From Meiothermus sp. (GTDB lineage Bacteria > Deinococcota > Deinococci > Deinococcales > Thermaceae): a DNA stretch of 38,841 nt. The notes beneath the pieces were generated by a model. The model did no database searches. It had not been told where the DNA came from and saw only the letters and a list, made by a program, of their open reading frames with translations. The stretch spans positions 1-38,841 of the forward strand of contig JANRLD010000058.1 of assembly GCA_033762915.1 (NCBI GenBank), read 5' to 3'. Each line of letters starts with the position of its first letter. The stretch's first letter is position 1. Shown here piece by piece: positions 8,272 through 17,529 of the stretch. The position numbers and the translations under genes were made by a program.

Positions 8272-9900
8272 GTGATTCGGAGGCTGCCCCCTGAACTCAT
8301 CCGCGAGATCGCGGCGGGGGAGGTGGTGGCCGCGCCCGCCGACGTGGTGCGCGAGCTGCTCGAGAACGCCCTGGACGCCGGGGCTACCCGCCTGAGCGTC
8401 GAGCTGTTCGGCGGCGGGCTGGACAAAATCGTACTCACCGACAACGGCGCGGGGATTGCCAGGGCTGAGCTGGCGCTGGCCCTCGAGCACCACGCCACCT
8501 CCAAGCTCACCGACACCGCACATATCGCGACCTTGGGCTTCCGGGGCGAGGGGCTGTGGGCCATCCGGCAGGCCGCCAAGGTGCGGCTGACCTCGAGGCC
8601 GGCCGCCCAGTTGGGCGGGGCCACGGCGAGCGCCTTTCAGGAAGAAGTTTCGCTGGCCGAGCACCCCGCGCCTGCAGGCACGCGGGTCGAGGTGTCCGAG
8701 CTGTTCGTCCACTGGCCCGCCCGGCGCAGCGCCCTCGAGTCGCCTGCCGCCGAGGGGCGCAGGGTCGTGCAGTTGGTCTCGAGATACCTGCTCCACCACC
8801 CGCCCCTCGCGCTGCGGCTGACTGTGGACGGCGAGGAGAAGATCAACCACGCGGGCGCGGGCTTCGCCGAGGCGGCCAAGCTCTTGTGGGGGGCGGTGGT
8901 GGCCAACCGGCTCCTGGAACTGGACTCGCCCGACGAGCTGTATAGACTCTCGGGGCTGCTCTCACGCCCAGAGCTGTCGCGCCCGCGCCGTGACCGGCTG
9001 CACCTGGCCATCAACGGGCGGCCCGTGGAGTGGCCTGAGGGCCTGCTGGGGGCGGTGCTGTCGGCCTACAAGGAGCTGCTGCCGAGCGGGCAGTTCCCGG
9101 TGGGTGTGTTGAACTTGGAGCTTCCGCTTGAGGCGGTCCTGGTCAACACCGCGCCGGACAAGTCGAAGATCAGGCTCATCACCCCCGAGCCGATCCTGGC
9201 CTTTGTGTCGCGCACCGTACAGGGCCTGCTGGCCGCGCACCCGCTGGCGAGGGCACTGCCCGAGCCCACCCCCATGAGCGGCCCCGCCCCAGTGCAGCGG
9301 GCCAGCTTCCCGCGCCTGCGCTTCGTGGGCAGCTTCCGCGAGCTGTACCTGCTGGCCGAGACCGACGACGAGCTGTATGTGGTGGATCAGCACGCCGCCC
9401 ACGAGCGCATCCTGTACGAGGAGCTGTCGCAGCGCTACCGCGCCGAGCCCCCCTTGGAGCTGCCCCACCCCGAGCTGCTGGGCCTGAGCCTGGGCGAGGA
9501 GATGAGCTTTGCCGAGCGCTCCGAAGAGCTGGAAAAAGCCGGGCTGGCCCTCGAGCCGTTCGGCTCCGGCCAGTACCGCGTCCGCACGGTGCCCGCTTTC
9601 CTGGCCGGTCACCCCAGCCTGATTGCCGAGGTGGTGAAGGGCAGCCTGGGCGGCAGCAGTTTCACCGAAGCCTGGCGGGGCATCCTGGCCCGGCTGGCCT
9701 GTCTGCCCGCCATCAAGGCCGGGCACCCTATGTCGGCGGCCTCGGCACAAAACCTGCTGGACGTGCTATCCGGGTGCGAGCTGCCCTGGGTGTGTCCGCA
9801 CGGGCGGCCAACGGTGCTGGTGATGGGTGAACTCGAGCTGGCAAGGCGGTTCGGAAGACGGGGCCAGCGGGCCATCGAGAAGGTGCGGGTTGAGCGATGA
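8272..9900 (+). CDS. mutL: DNA mismatch repair endonuclease MutL
   Basis: IAAGEVV, ELLENALDAGA, TLGFRGEGL, DQHAAHERILYE, CPHGRP. Confidence 0.96.
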   Translation: MIRRLPPELIREIAAGEVVAAPADVVRELLENALDAGATRLSVELFGGGLDKIVLTDNGAGIARAELALALEHHATSKLTDTAHIATLGFRGEGLWAIRQAAKVRLTSRPAAQLGGATASAFQEEVSLAEHPAPAGTRVEVSELFVHWPARRSALESPAAEGRRVVQLVSRYLLHHPPLALRLTVDGEEKINHAGAGFAEAAKLLWGAVVANRLLELDSPDELYRLSGLLSRPELSRPRRDRLHLAINGRPVEWPEGLLGAVLSAYKELLPSGQFPVGVLNLELPLEAVLVNTAPDKSKIRLITPEPILAFVSRTVQGLLAAHPLARALPEPTPMSGPAPVQRASFPRLRFVGSFRELYLLAETDDELYVVDQHAAHERILYEELSQRYRAEPPLELPHPELLGLSLGEEMSFAERSEELEKAGLALEPFGSGQYRVRTVPAFLAGHPSLIAEVVKGSLGGSSFTEAWRGILARLACLPAIKAGHPMSAASAQNLLDVLSGCELPWVCPHGRPTVLVMGELELARRFGRRGQRAIEKVRVER

Positions 9901-10127
9901 GTCGAAGGTCAGGGGTGATCTTCCCTACCCCGGTGGAGCCTTCCCCCACTGCACTTTGCTCGATTGCGCCCCTTGTTGACGGGGCAACGACAACACCTCC
10001 CGGGGTTCTCTGGTCCCCTTAACAATGGGGCTCCGCGAAGCGGTGGGGGATGCGGCCCAGGTAAGATGGTCTCGTTTCTTCCCCAGCCCTCTACCCTCTA
10101 CCCTCTACTCCCCACCCTCACCCGCCA

Positions 10128-11033
10128 ATGATCCGCGCCAAACAGCTCTCTGACGGCATGACCTGCGGCCCCCTCCAGGCCAAGGTCTGGGTGGACGTGG
10201 AGACGCCCACGCCGGAGGAAGTAGAGACCGTCAAGCAGCAGTTCGCCATCAACCCGCTGGCCCTGGCCGACGCCCAGGAGATCGGGCACTGGAGCCGCTT
10301 CGAGCAGTACCCGCAGCACTTGTTTTTAATCCTGCGCACTTTGGAAAGCCCCGCTGCCTCCACCAGCCGCACCGAGCGGGTTTCGTTCTTCTTCTTCCCC
10401 GAGACCCAGACCCTCCTCACCTACCGCAACGAGCACGTCGAGTACCTCGAGCAAGCCTGGAACAGCTTCCGGGGCGGCAGCTGCATCTGGCTATGGCAGC
10501 GGCTGCTAGACCACGGCGTGGAGACCTTCTTCGACTACGTGGAAAACCTGATCGACCGGGTCGAAGACCTCGAGGAGACGGCCCTCGAGGGCACCGAGGC
10601 CACCACCCCCAAGCAGGTCTTCGCCATCCGGCGCGAGGTGCTGCGGGTGCGGCGGCTGGTCTCGCAGGGGCGCGAGGCGCTGCTGCACCTCGAGCGCCTC
10701 CCCGTGCTGGGGGCCGACGCCTACATGTTCCGCGACCTCACCGACCGCATGGGCCGGGTTTACGAGGGGCTGGACGCGGCGCGCGACGAGCTTTCCAACG
10801 TGCTCGAGGTCTACCTCTCGGCCCAAAGCAACAAGCTCAACCGCATCGTGCAGAACCTTACCGTGATCTCGGTCTTGTTCCTGCCCATGACGCTGTGGGC
10901 GGGCATCTACGGCACCAACTTCGAGACCTTTAACGAGTACGGCTGGGCCTACGGGCGGTGGTTTTTCTGGGGCGGGCTGGTGGCGATTGGGGTCGGGCTG
11001 GCGCTGTGGATGAAGCGGCAGAAGTGGTGGTGA
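10128..11033 (+). CDS. CorA-family Mg/Co transporter
   Basis: LTVISVLFLPMTLWAGIYGTNF, C-terminal MKRQKWW; the GMN signature reads GTN. Confidence 0.88.
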   Translation: MIRAKQLSDGMTCGPLQAKVWVDVETPTPEEVETVKQQFAINPLALADAQEIGHWSRFEQYPQHLFLILRTLESPAASTSRTERVSFFFFPETQTLLTYRNEHVEYLEQAWNSFRGGSCIWLWQRLLDHGVETFFDYVENLIDRVEDLEETALEGTEATTPKQVFAIRREVLRVRRLVSQGREALLHLERLPVLGADAYMFRDLTDRMGRVYEGLDAARDELSNVLEVYLSAQSNKLNRIVQNLTVISVLFLPMTLWAGIYGTNFETFNEYGWAYGRWFFWGGLVAIGVGLALWMKRQKWW

Positions 11034-11083
11034 AGGCCGCTTTCAGTTCGAGCAAAGGTTTGGGTTAACCGCCGCGCCTAGCC

Positions 11084-11112
11084 TTTACAAACGCATACCG
11101 CCCTTGTATATT
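11084..11112 (+). promoter_or_regulatory. Sigma70-type promoter
   Basis: TTTACA-N17-TATATT. Confidence 0.65.
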
Positions 11113-11122
11113 CAACCCAGCA

Positions 11123-11206
11123 ATGCGTCCCGCCCGAGCTACCTCCTAACGGCACTCTTCTTTCGAGAAGAGGCCGTCGGGATTTGCCGAGGGGCGTTTT
11201 TCTTTT
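11123..11206 (+). promoter_or_regulatory. Structured 5' leader with short uORF (MRPARATS), candidate attenuator
   Basis: uORF 11123-11149; UUCG-capped hairpin 11149-11177; GGGGCG followed by TTTTTCTTTT. Confidence 0.4.
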
Positions 11207-11257
11207 GGATATTCTCCCCTCGGCGGCTCGGCCGGAGGGAACGCAGCAAGGAGACCT

Positions 11258-12370
11258 ATGGTTTTGCTCACCCCCGGCCCCACCCCCATCCACACCGAAG
11301 TGCAGAAGGCCCTGGGCCGCGAGATGCGCGGGCACCTCGACCCCGAGACCCTGGCCACCAACCGCCGCATCCGCGAGATGCTGTTCCGGCTCTTCGACCC
11401 CGGCGACGGGGCGCTGGTGGCGGCGATGCCCGGCTCGGGCAGCCTGGGCATGGAGGCAGGCCTGAACAACCTGGCCGACGAGGGCGACGCGGTGCTGCTC
11501 CTGGTGAGCGGAACCTTCGGTGAGCGGATGGTCGAGATCGCCCACGCCTACGGCTTCGACTACAAGGTACTGCGCTCCGAGCCGGGGCACGCCATCGACC
11601 CCGCCGCCGTCGAGCGCGAACTCTCGCAAAAGGTCTACAAGCTGGTGGCCCTGGTGCACGGCGAGACCAGCACCGGCGTCATCAACCCGGCCGAGGAGAT
11701 CGCCGCGTTGGTGGCCGACCACGGCGCACTCTTCATGCTAGATGCCGTCACCACGGCGGGCATGATGCCCATGTCCATGCAGTCCATGCAGGTCGACTAC
11801 GCCTTCACCGGCAGCCAGAAGTGCCTCTCGGCCCCTCCGGGCCTGGCCCCCTTCGCACTCTCGCAGCGCGGGCGGCAGATGCTGGGGCAGGTGCGCGGCT
11901 GGTACTCCGACCTCTCGAGGGTGGCGGTCTACTGGGAGCAGGAGGGCTACTTCTGCACCTCGCCGGTGCTGCTGCACTTCGCCCTCGAGAAGGCCCTCGA
12001 GCTGGCCCTGGAAGAGGGCATCCCGGCCCGCCAGCGCCGCGCCGAGAGCATGTACGCCGCCGTGCTGGAAACCCTGGAGGACCTGGGCTTCGTGGCCTAC
12101 GCGGCCGAGGGCTCGAGGCTCCCCACGGTGCTGGTGGTTCGCCCGCCGGTAGGCTGGAACGAGGCCGACCTCCGCAAAGGTCTTTACGCCAAGGGTGTGA
12201 CCGTCTCCGGCGGCATCGGCCCTACGGCGGGCAAGGTGCTGCGGCTGGGCCTGATGGGCGAGAGCGCCCGGCTCGAGCACTACCGGTCTTTCTTTAGGGC
12301 GTTGGGCGAGGTGATGGGCAAGGGCGGGCTCGAGCGGGCGTTCGAGGAGCGGATGCTCACAACGGCGTAA
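11258..12370 (+). CDS. Class V PLP aminotransferase (serine-pyruvate/alanine-glyoxylate family)
   Basis: LLTPGPT, VHGETSTGV, LDAVT, TGSQKCLSAPPGLA, LRLGLMG; AGGAG RBS. Confidence 0.92.
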   Translation: MVLLTPGPTPIHTEVQKALGREMRGHLDPETLATNRRIREMLFRLFDPGDGALVAAMPGSGSLGMEAGLNNLADEGDAVLLLVSGTFGERMVEIAHAYGFDYKVLRSEPGHAIDPAAVERELSQKVYKLVALVHGETSTGVINPAEEIAALVADHGALFMLDAVTTAGMMPMSMQSMQVDYAFTGSQKCLSAPPGLAPFALSQRGRQMLGQVRGWYSDLSRVAVYWEQEGYFCTSPVLLHFALEKALELALEEGIPARQRRAESMYAAVLETLEDLGFVAYAAEGSRLPTVLVVRPPVGWNEADLRKGLYAKGVTVSGGIGPTAGKVLRLGLMGESARLEHYRSFFRALGEVMGKGGLERAFEERMLTTA

Positions 12371-12415
12371 AGCGCAGGGACGCAGGGGAGGGCTGCGACA
12401 GGATGGAAGTGCGGA

Positions 12416-12583
12416 ACCGGCGGAAGCGACACATACGTGCCTGGGCGGAGTGGCGTGCGCCATAGCCGCGGAGCGGCTACCCGGGGCGGAGTGGCGTGCG
12501 CCATAGCCGCGGAGCGGCTACCCGAGGCGCAATTCCCTGCGGGAGCTGGCGGGCGATAGTTCGCATTGCAACTATGGAGACAC
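12416..12583 (+). repeat. Family A element carrying two 41-bp tandem GTAG-REP-like units
   Basis: Units 12443-12483 and 12484-12524 (GGGCGGAGTGGCGTGCGCCATAGCCGCGGAGCGGCTACCCG); related copies at 13906, 24324 and 36834. Confidence 0.88.
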
Positions 12584-12649
12584 TTGGGCAGCTAGAAGCG
12601 AGAAACCACGGGGTTTAAGCTCTCCCCGTTCTCCTTGCTCCCTCCGCTT

Positions 12650-13444
12650 TTAGGTTTTTCTGCTGCTTCGCACGAAAAACTTCCAGTTCACCGGGTACTC
12701 CACGTCGGGGTCGGGGTACTGCTGATCCACCCAGCGGGTCAGGTCGGCCACCGAGGGGCGGAACACCTCGTCGGGGACTTCCCAGGTGAAGGAGTAGATG
12801 CGCTCGGCGATCATCTCGAGGCTGGTGCGGGGGCTGCGCAACTCCACCCAGTCGGCCACGGCCTTGGTCTTGGGCTCGAGGCCCCGCGCCAGCAGCTCCT
12901 TCTCGACCTCCTTGAGGCGCTCCTGGTGGCGGCCCCGCCGCAGGTCGTAGCCCAGACCCTTGAGAATCTCCCGCCACTTCTGCTGGATGCGCCAGTCCTC
13001 GCTGTTGGAGTCGGACAAGTCCCAGCCCTCGAACAGGAAGCCGCCGGGGCGGAGCACCCGCAAGCCCTCGGTCAGGGACTGGGGCCAGTTGTCCAGCATG
13101 TGCCAGAAGTGTACGGCGATCAGGGCGTGCAGGCTGTCGCGTTCGAAGGGCATCTCTCTGGCATCGGCCTCGACCAGACGAACCTTCCGCGCAACTCCGG
13201 CAACCTTCTGCCGCAGCACCTCGAGCATCGCCGGGTTATCATCCAAGGCGATGTAGCGGTAGCCGCGCGCGATGATCGGGACGGAGATGCGACCGGTGCC
13301 CGCACCGATTTCCAGGAACAGCGGGTCGCGGAACAGCTTCTCGACCGGGGCGGTCATGGCCGTGGCGATGCGGCCTGAGACTTCCGGCGGGTGATACCGG
13401 GTTCGGTCGTAGGTGAATGCCACGCGGCTGAAATGAGACGCCAT
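12650..13444 (-). CDS. Class I SAM-dependent methyltransferase
   Basis: FLEIGAGTGRI motif I; ADAREMPF; RVLRPGG. Confidence 0.9.
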   Translation of the reverse strand: MASHFSRVAFTYDRTRYHPPEVSGRIATAMTAPVEKLFRDPLFLEIGAGTGRISVPIIARGYRYIALDDNPAMLEVLRQKVAGVARKVRLVEADAREMPFERDSLHALIAVHFWHMLDNWPQSLTEGLRVLRPGGFLFEGWDLSDSNSEDWRIQQKWREILKGLGYDLRRGRHQERLKEVEKELLARGLEPKTKAVADWVELRSPRTSLEMIAERIYSFTWEVPDEVFRPSVADLTRWVDQQYPDPDVEYPVNWKFFVRSSRKT

Positions 13445-13836
13445 GCTCAGTTAGGATGATAACAACCCAGCGGCAAATTGCAAATCATACCTCGAGTACA
13501 CGCACAAAATGTGTAAGCCCCCTTCAAACGTGTCTGGGATGACATTTCTCAGATTTCAGCGCCGAAATGTCCGTACAGGACGTGGAATTTGCCAGATTTT
13601 GTGGGCGCGTACTCGAGACGTTCGCGGCGGCCCCTCGGGAGCGGCCAACCCATCGTGCGATGGGGGTGTGAAGGCTGTCCGCACGCCACCACTGTCCGCT
13701 GGCCCGCTCGCGTGGCCGGGCCACGGTCAGGACCACCCCTGGGTCCCTAGGGCCGAACGCCGTCCCTGCCACGTTTGCGGGCAGGCTCCGCCGGATCAGC
13801 ACCTTGAATCCTTGTCCGACGCAGTTCCATCCTTAT

Positions 13837-13899
13837 AGCGGTTCGCACGAATACCCTGCACATCCGAGTCTCTGCGTGCGGGGTAATGGTGAGAACCGC
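13837..13899. repeat. Family B element, degenerate palindromic variant
   Basis: AGCGGTTCGCACGAATACC...GTGAGAACCGC; interior as in the 8162 copy. Confidence 0.8.
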
Positions 13900-13905
13900 C
13901 GTAGA

Positions 13906-13989
13906 GTGTCTCCATAGTTGCCATGCGGAATGTCGCCACCAACTCCCGCAGGGAATTGCGTCCGGCACGTACTTACCGCTTCCGCCGGT
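13906..13989 (-). repeat. Family A element lacking the 41-bp units (empty allele)
   Basis: Reverse complement ACCGGCGGAAGCGGTAAGTACGTGCCGGACGCAATTCCCTGCGGGAG...GCAACTATGGAGACAC matches both flanks of the 12416 copy. Confidence 0.8.
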
Positions 13990-14137
13990 ACTGCAATTCT
14001 AGCCTGGCGCAACTAGGTAACCGGGATGACATACTTCTGTGCCTCAGGTGTTATGGTCTTAACGTAAGCTTGGCTCGAGCGCGTTTCCTGCACAGGGTTG
14101 GCGACAGCCCACGGCTCGGCGGGCGAGGAGGAGCCTG

Positions 14138-15064
14138 ATGAAAAACCTATTCGCGCTGTTTATCGCCCTCGGCTTAGGTCTGGCCGCCCTGGTGATGGCC
14201 CAGGGCAGCAAAGGCCCCATCACGGTGGGCTCCAAGATAGACACCGAGGGGGCGGTGCTGTGCCAGATGGTGAAGATCGTGCTCGAGGCGGGCGGCTTCC
14301 GGGTCAACGACAAGTGCTCCACCGGCCCCACCGACGTGGTGCGCAAGGCCCTGATCTCCGGCGAGATCGACATGTACCCCGAGTACACCGGCACCGCGCT
14401 GGGGGTCTTCTTCAAGGACGACGCCGGCGCCCAGGCTGTCACCCGCGACGCGGCCAAGGGCTTTGCCAAGGCCAAAGAGCTCGACGCCAGGAACAACATC
14501 GTCTGGCTCAACGCCGCCCCCGCCAACAACACCTGGGCCATCGCGGTGCCCCGCGCCCTGGCCCAGCAAAACAACCTGCGCACCATGGCCGATTTCGGGC
14601 GCTGGGTGCGCGGCGGCGGCCAAGTGCGCCTGGCCGCCAGCCAGGAGTTCGTAGATCGGGACGACGCCCTTAAGGCCTTCGAGCGGGTCTACAACTTCAA
14701 GCTGCGGCCGAATCAACTGGTCATCCTCCCCGGCGGCAACACCACCCAGACCGAGCAGGCCGCCGCCCGTGGCACCAACGGCGTGAACGCCGCCATGGCC
14801 TACGGCACCGACGGCGGCATCGCCGCGCTGGGCCTGGTGGCCCTGACCGACCCGCAGGGCGCGGTAGCGGTCTACCAACCCGCCATCACCGTCCGCAAGC
14901 AGGTCTTGGATCGCTACCCCGAGATTGCCGGCCTGATTAATCCCGTCTTTGCCGCCCTTAACGAGGCCACCCTCTCGGCCCTCAACGCCGACGTGGCGGT
15001 GAACGGCAAGAACCCGGCGGAGGTGGCGCGGGCCTTCTTAAGGTCGAAGAACTTCATCAAATGA
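14138..15064 (+). CDS. Glycine betaine/osmoprotectant ABC substrate-binding protein (OsmF/YehZ-like)
   Basis: Signal peptide; VGSKIDTEG, IDMYPEYTG, APANNTWAIA, AMAYGTDG; AGGAGG RBS. Confidence 0.9.
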   Translation: MKNLFALFIALGLGLAALVMAQGSKGPITVGSKIDTEGAVLCQMVKIVLEAGGFRVNDKCSTGPTDVVRKALISGEIDMYPEYTGTALGVFFKDDAGAQAVTRDAAKGFAKAKELDARNNIVWLNAAPANNTWAIAVPRALAQQNNLRTMADFGRWVRGGGQVRLAASQEFVDRDDALKAFERVYNFKLRPNQLVILPGGNTTQTEQAAARGTNGVNAAMAYGTDGGIAALGLVALTDPQGAVAVYQPAITVRKQVLDRYPEIAGLINPVFAALNEATLSALNADVAVNGKNPAEVARAFLRSKNFIK

Positions 15065-16422
15065 GGGCGCAGGAGCCCGGTAACAGGCAACCAGGTGAAG
15101 CTTCAGGGGAGGCTGTGACCCCTGTTCACCGTCTCCTGCCGAGGCCCGACCCCGCCGCCGCTTTGGCTGCGGGGTTGACGCTTGTGGCACTGCTGCTACC
15201 GTGGCTCGAGTTGAAGCCCAACCGGATTGCCGAGGGGGCGGGGGTGCTGGCACACAGCCGGGAGTTGGGGCTGGCAGTTGCGCTCGGCATTGTTGGTGTG
15301 ACGCTTCCCTGGTTGAGGCGTGGCTGGGCGGCGGTGGGGCTGGGGGTGTGGACGGGTCTGTGGATGGCCCTGACCCACGCGCTGGCTCGAGACCTGCTGG
15401 CAGGGCAGCCGGAGACCGCGAGGGCCTCGCTGGGGGCGGGCTTCTGGCTCTCGCTGCTGGCGCTGTACGTGTTCGCGTTCGCGGCCTGGCAGCAGGCGCG
15501 GTGGGGGGTGCTCTCGAGCCTGGGGCTACTGGCACTGGGCATCGGGCTGGGAGCCTTTGGTCTGCTTGCCCCGACCATGGAGTGGCGGAGCTGGCGCGAA
15601 CAGTTCTCCACCGAGCTGTGGCGGCATCTCTCGCTGGCCTCCTCGGCGGTGATACTGGCGCTGGCGGTGGGCATACCCCTGGGGGTGCTGGCGACACGGG
15701 GGCCGCAGTACGGCTGGGTGCTGGGGGTGACCGGCTTCCTTCAGACCATACCCTCGCTGGCCCTGTTCGGGCTGCTGCTGCCGCTGCTGGCAAACCTGTC
15801 GCAGCGACTGAGCCTCGAGGCAGCTCTGGCCGTCCTTTTTGTCGGCTTCTTGATGGTGCGGCTGTTCTGGGGGGTGGGCCGCTGGCTGGCCCTGCCGGTG
15901 GCGGTCCCGCTGGCGCTCTTGGCCCTGGCGCTGGGTGGGGTCTGGCTCAATGCGCTGCTGGGGCCGGACGAGTTCCGGTTCGCCTTGAGCGCCCCGCTGC
16001 AAGAGTCGGGGGTGCGCGGCATCGGGGCGGCCCCGGCGGTGCTGGCCCTCACGCTCTATGCGCTGCTGCCGGTGGTGCTCAACGTCTACACCGGGCTGCG
16101 GGGGGTCAGCGAGGCCGCCCGCGACGCCGGGCGCGGCATGGGGATGAGCCCCGAGCAACTCTTCTGGCGCGTCGAGCTGCCGCTGGCCCTGCCGCTGGTG
16201 CTCGAGGGGGTGCGCGGCGCGGCCTCGCTGGCTTTGGGCATCACCACCGTCGCCGCCCTGATCGGCGCAGGCGGGCTGGGCTTCTTCATCCTGCGCGGCA
16301 TCGAGGGCGGCGCGCCGGACATGGTGCTGCTGGGCGCGGTTCCCGTGATCGCCCTGGCCCTGGTTACCGACCTCGTGCTGAAGTGGGCGGGCTCGAGGCT
16401 GCGGCAGCGGGCAGGGATTTGA
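15061..16422 (+). CDS. Osmoprotectant ABC permease (YehY-like)
   Basis: LQTIPSLALFGLL, GIGAAPAVLALTLYALLP, AARDAGRGMGM, LIGAGGLG; ATGA overlap with the upstream gene. Confidence 0.88.
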   Translation: MRAQEPGNRQPGEASGEAVTPVHRLLPRPDPAAALAAGLTLVALLLPWLELKPNRIAEGAGVLAHSRELGLAVALGIVGVTLPWLRRGWAAVGLGVWTGLWMALTHALARDLLAGQPETARASLGAGFWLSLLALYVFAFAAWQQARWGVLSSLGLLALGIGLGAFGLLAPTMEWRSWREQFSTELWRHLSLASSAVILALAVGIPLGVLATRGPQYGWVLGVTGFLQTIPSLALFGLLLPLLANLSQRLSLEAALAVLFVGFLMVRLFWGVGRWLALPVAVPLALLALALGGVWLNALLGPDEFRFALSAPLQESGVRGIGAAPAVLALTLYALLPVVLNVYTGLRGVSEAARDAGRGMGMSPEQLFWRVELPLALPLVLEGVRGAASLALGITTVAALIGAGGLGFFILRGIEGGAPDMVLLGAVPVIALALVTDLVLKWAGSRLRQRAGI

Positions 16423-16599
16423 ACGGGGCAGGGCCCTTTGCCCCCAAGTCAGGCCGGGCAAGTCTACCCCCGGCCCCACTACACCACCTTCGGCTGTTGG
16501 CCCGGTCATTTGACCACGGCAGGCCGCCGCAATATGGGGTAGATTACGCCTGATGCGGAAAACCTCCCGCGCTTTCTCTTCCGCCCACATGGAGAGACC

Positions 16600-17298
16600 A
16601 TGCCCGTATACCGCCTAAGTGAACACCAACCCAAGATTCACGACACCGCCTTCATTGCGCCCAGCGCCACCGTGATCGGGCAGGCCGAGATCGGCGAGAA
16701 CGCCTCGGTCTGGTTCGGGGCCATCGTGCGCTCGGACACCGAGCGGGTAGTGATCGGGGCCGGCACCAACGTGCAGGACGGCGCGGTGCTGCACGCCGAC
16801 CCCGGCGACCCCTGCGTGCTGGGGCCGGGGGTGACGGTGGGACACCGGGCGGTGGTGCACGGCGCGACGGTGGAAGAGGGGGCCCTGATCGGCATCGGGG
16901 CGGTGGTCTTGAACAAGGCCAAGGTGGGCCGGGGGGCGGTGGTGGGGGCCGGTGCCGTGGTGCCCCCAGGGATGGAGATCCCGGACGGGATGCTGGCGAT
17001 AGGGATCCCGGCCAAGGTGCGCGGACCCATTGTGGGCCGGGAGAACGCGGCCCGCTACGTCGAACTCTCGAGGCACTACCTCGAGCAGCTCGCCCCCATC
17101 AACCCCGTGGGCCGCTACCAGCTCACCTTCCGGGGCGAGGAAGCCCTCTCCCCCTTCACCGACACCCACCTCCAGCTCAAGCGCCGCAGCCCCAAATCGG
17201 TCGAGTCCCTCAAGGCCGTCGCCGACGGCCGCAGCAGCGACCTCGAGCCGGAAACCCTCAAGGACCTGGAGCGCGAGGGGTTCATCCGGGAGGTGTGA
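16600..17298 (+). CDS. Gamma-carbonic anhydrase family hexapeptide-repeat protein with C-terminal extension
   Basis: NVQDGAVLH, TVGHRAVVHG His ligands; left-handed beta-helix repeats. Confidence 0.88.
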   Translation: MPVYRLSEHQPKIHDTAFIAPSATVIGQAEIGENASVWFGAIVRSDTERVVIGAGTNVQDGAVLHADPGDPCVLGPGVTVGHRAVVHGATVEEGALIGIGAVVLNKAKVGRGAVVGAGAVVPPGMEIPDGMLAIGIPAKVRGPIVGRENAARYVELSRHYLEQLAPINPVGRYQLTFRGEEALSPFTDTHLQLKRRSPKSVESLKAVADGRSSDLEPETLKDLEREGFIREV

Positions 17299-17334
17299 AG
17301 GGCAAGGCAGGGTGTAGAGAAAGGAGGAAGTCAT

Positions 17335-17422
17335 TGCGTTTCCCACCCTTGCCTCCCTCGCGGCGGCAGGTAATGTACTCCCTAGAGCAAAAACCGCTGT
17401 AGGGAGTATGCGTGTTAACCGC
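17335..17422. repeat. Family B element
   Basis: GCGTTTCCCACCCTT(G)CCTCCCTCGCGG and TACTCCCTA..GCAAAAACCGCTGTAGGGAGTA, as in the 7611 copy. Confidence 0.8.
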
Positions 17423-17529
17423 CCTGGGGCCCGCAGTTTCTCCTTTCTCTTCCTTTGCTCTTTTCTCGGTGCCTTTCCTTGACTTCCCACCTTGACTCCA
17501 CCCCCCCCAAGGCCGACAATATCCCAACC

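Noticed and set aside
12443..12524. Mini-CRISPR from the 41-bp tandem units
   Set aside because: The units are contiguous with no unique spacers.
13620..13830. Cobalamin or c-di-AMP riboswitch upstream of the osmoprotectant transporter
   Set aside because: The core consensus blocks could not be found by eye on either strand.
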